Shown: piece by piece, positions 18,543 to 20,000 of the stretch | Layout of the letters: the number at the start of each line of letters is the position of its first letter | How positions within the stretch are numbered: position 1 is the stretch's first letter | Source: Reclinomonas americana ATCC 50394 | Lineage: Eukaryota | Length of the DNA: 20,000 bases | Reading direction: 5' to 3' | Assembly (NCBI GenBank): GCA_048213135.1 | Contig: PS015550.1 | Location: forward strand, 51,755-71,754 | Notes under the pieces: generated by a model | The model's input: the letters and a program-made list of their open reading frames with translations, nothing else | Told to the model about the DNA's origin: nothing | Databases searched by the model: none | Made by a program: the position numbers and the translations under genes

Positions 18543-19787
18543 TTATTCATAATCAGAATCCGACACCTCGAGCTCTGGCGAAGTCGCGGTCGGCCATGCC
18601 GGCAACGGCAACGCAGCGCGATGAGCAATCAATCGAGCGTCTTCGGCGATGAAACAGCGCAGCACGATCTCCACCAGACACCACACTGAATCATCGTCAT
18701 CGTCTTCTGACACTGGTAGCTGCATTTCCCGCACAGCCTGCACCGCTGCTTGCGCGCACGCATACTCCAGTCGCGCACAACCACACAACGTAGAATCTAC
18801 ATGAGCTGTCCAACACGAACCCGACGAAACAAGGTGTTGACCGTCGGGGGACACACAGACAGTACCGTGGTCGGCATCATCCCAGCGGCCAACATCAATG
18901 GAATAATGATCTACGCCGCTCGGTAACGAGCACACTCGCACGTGACTAAAATATCTGCAAACGGCCCACTTGCTGTCGGGCGTCGTGGTTATTGCCGTCA
19001 AACAGTACCCTCCGATTGAATATGGAGCGCTGCGAAGCCTCACGCCGCTTGCAAACTCCCACACACCGAAATTCAGACCGTCCACTCCCACAACGTACTC
19101 GTTGTTGGATGTCACCAACACGGCGAACACCTTGCAACTGAGCCCCTCGAGTCGTCGGACTCGTTTCCCAGTCGCAAGATTCAGCACGATAACGCAGCCG
19201 CGACGAGAACCCACCACAATGTGCGTCCCTTGTGGACACAGCGCCATCGCAGACGCTTTCTCGCCATCATGATCACGAAATAGTCGCACTACAGCGCCAG
19301 TTGCAATCGACCACACTCGCACAACCCCGTCAGAGCAGAGAGCAACAACTTCTCGACTGTCGGGAGTCACGATCAATGCGTCTGCTGTGAACGACTCTTC
19401 CCACTGAATCACTCGCCCTCGTTCACCAGTGCACAGGGACCACAGTCGAATCGTCTCATCGCGGCTGCTTGACAGAATGAACTGCCCATCGGGAGTCACC
19501 GCAACCGATATGACTACACCCATGTGTCCGTGGAGACAGTGAAGCTGCTTGCCAGTCACGATCGACAAAACGCACACGATGCGGCCTGTTCCAGACACAA
19601 TGCGCAGTCCATCGGGAGCAAAACACGTCACGTCATGGAAACTGTCATAATCCGTACGATAGCGGAACTCTGGTGCGCGCTCCTCCCCAGGCTGAGGCGC
19701 GTAGCTGAACCCCTTGACCACAGGGAAACGAATGTCTTCACTGATGAACTGCACGTCTGCATCCTTCTCGTCTGCTCGTGTGTTCAT
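18543..19787 (-). CDS. Intronless WD40 beta-propeller protein
   Basis: Repeats such as LHGHMGVVISVAVTPDGQFILSSSRDETIRLWSL and VTPDSREVVALCSDGVVRVWSI in an uninterrupted frame of about 414 codons from the ATG at 19787. Confidence 0.9.
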   Translation of the reverse strand: MNTRADEKDADVQFISEDIRFPVVKGFSYAPQPGEERAPEFRYRTDYDSFHDVTCFAPDGLRIVSGTGRIVCVLSIVTGKQLHCLHGHMGVVISVAVTPDGQFILSSSRDETIRLWSLCTGERGRVIQWEESFTADALIVTPDSREVVALCSDGVVRVWSIATGAVVRLFRDHDGEKASAMALCPQGTHIVVGSRRGCVIVLNLATGKRVRRLEGLSCKVFAVLVTSNNEYVVGVDGLNFGVWEFASGVRLRSAPYSIGGYCLTAITTTPDSKWAVCRYFSHVRVCSLPSGVDHYSIDVGRWDDADHGTVCVSPDGQHLVSSGSCWTAHVDSTLCGCARLEYACAQAAVQAVREMQLPVSEDDDDDSVWCLVEIVLRCFIAEDARLIAHRAALPLPAWPTATSPELEVSDSDYE

Positions 19788-19829
19788 GCAGTCAGCTCGC
19801 ACATCTCAAGCGCAGAAGACAGAGAGAGA

Positions 19830-19868
<39 letters not shown>

Positions 19869-20000
19869 AGCGACGGAGGGAGAGCTAGTCGACAACGAAA
19901 ACGACCAAACCAACCAACACCAACCAACCAACCAAACCAAAACCCAAACAACGAACGGTAACCCTTCCCCTTCCCCTTCCCCCTACCCGACCCGACCCGG

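Noticed and set aside
1-20000. U12-type (minor) introns
   Set aside because: No GTATCC or ATATCC donors among the inferred introns.
1-20000. Stop-codon reassignment
   Set aside because: All in-frame stops fall in introns, and TGA (2841), TAG (7498) and TAA (8832) each end a gene at a plausible position.
19905-20000. CCAA/CCCTT repeats as a telomere
   Set aside because: Short, heterogeneous units with no sustained telomeric array; more likely low-complexity upstream DNA.

Overview
Compact, intron-dense eukaryotic (probably protist) genomic DNA with three assembly gaps, abundant CA/GT/CT/GA microsatellites and mostly 58-85 nt spliceosomal introns. I spliced exons by hand and recognised families from remembered motifs; no database search was run. 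Eleven protein genes can be assembled: an EF-hand-like protein (partial), EIPR1/TSSC1, two paralogous Cys-less pentameric ligand-gated ion channels (pLGICs), an intronless hemerythrin-like protein, a short MscS, a degenerate small GTPase, a C2-like domain fused to clathrin light chain, a divergent CCT1-like chaperonin, NELF-A and an intronless WD40 protein. The most striking signal is in the splice sites: about 25 of about 57 inferred introns start GTTnnG (17 are GTTGCG), which is the usual GTGCGT/GTGAGT donor shifted by one base, and most of these lack the exonic -1 G. Other notable candidates are a lid-less CCT1 paralog, pLGICs with a fifth TM helix and cytoplasmic tail, the C2-clathrin light chain fusion, a protist NELF-A and a possible 3-nt microexon.
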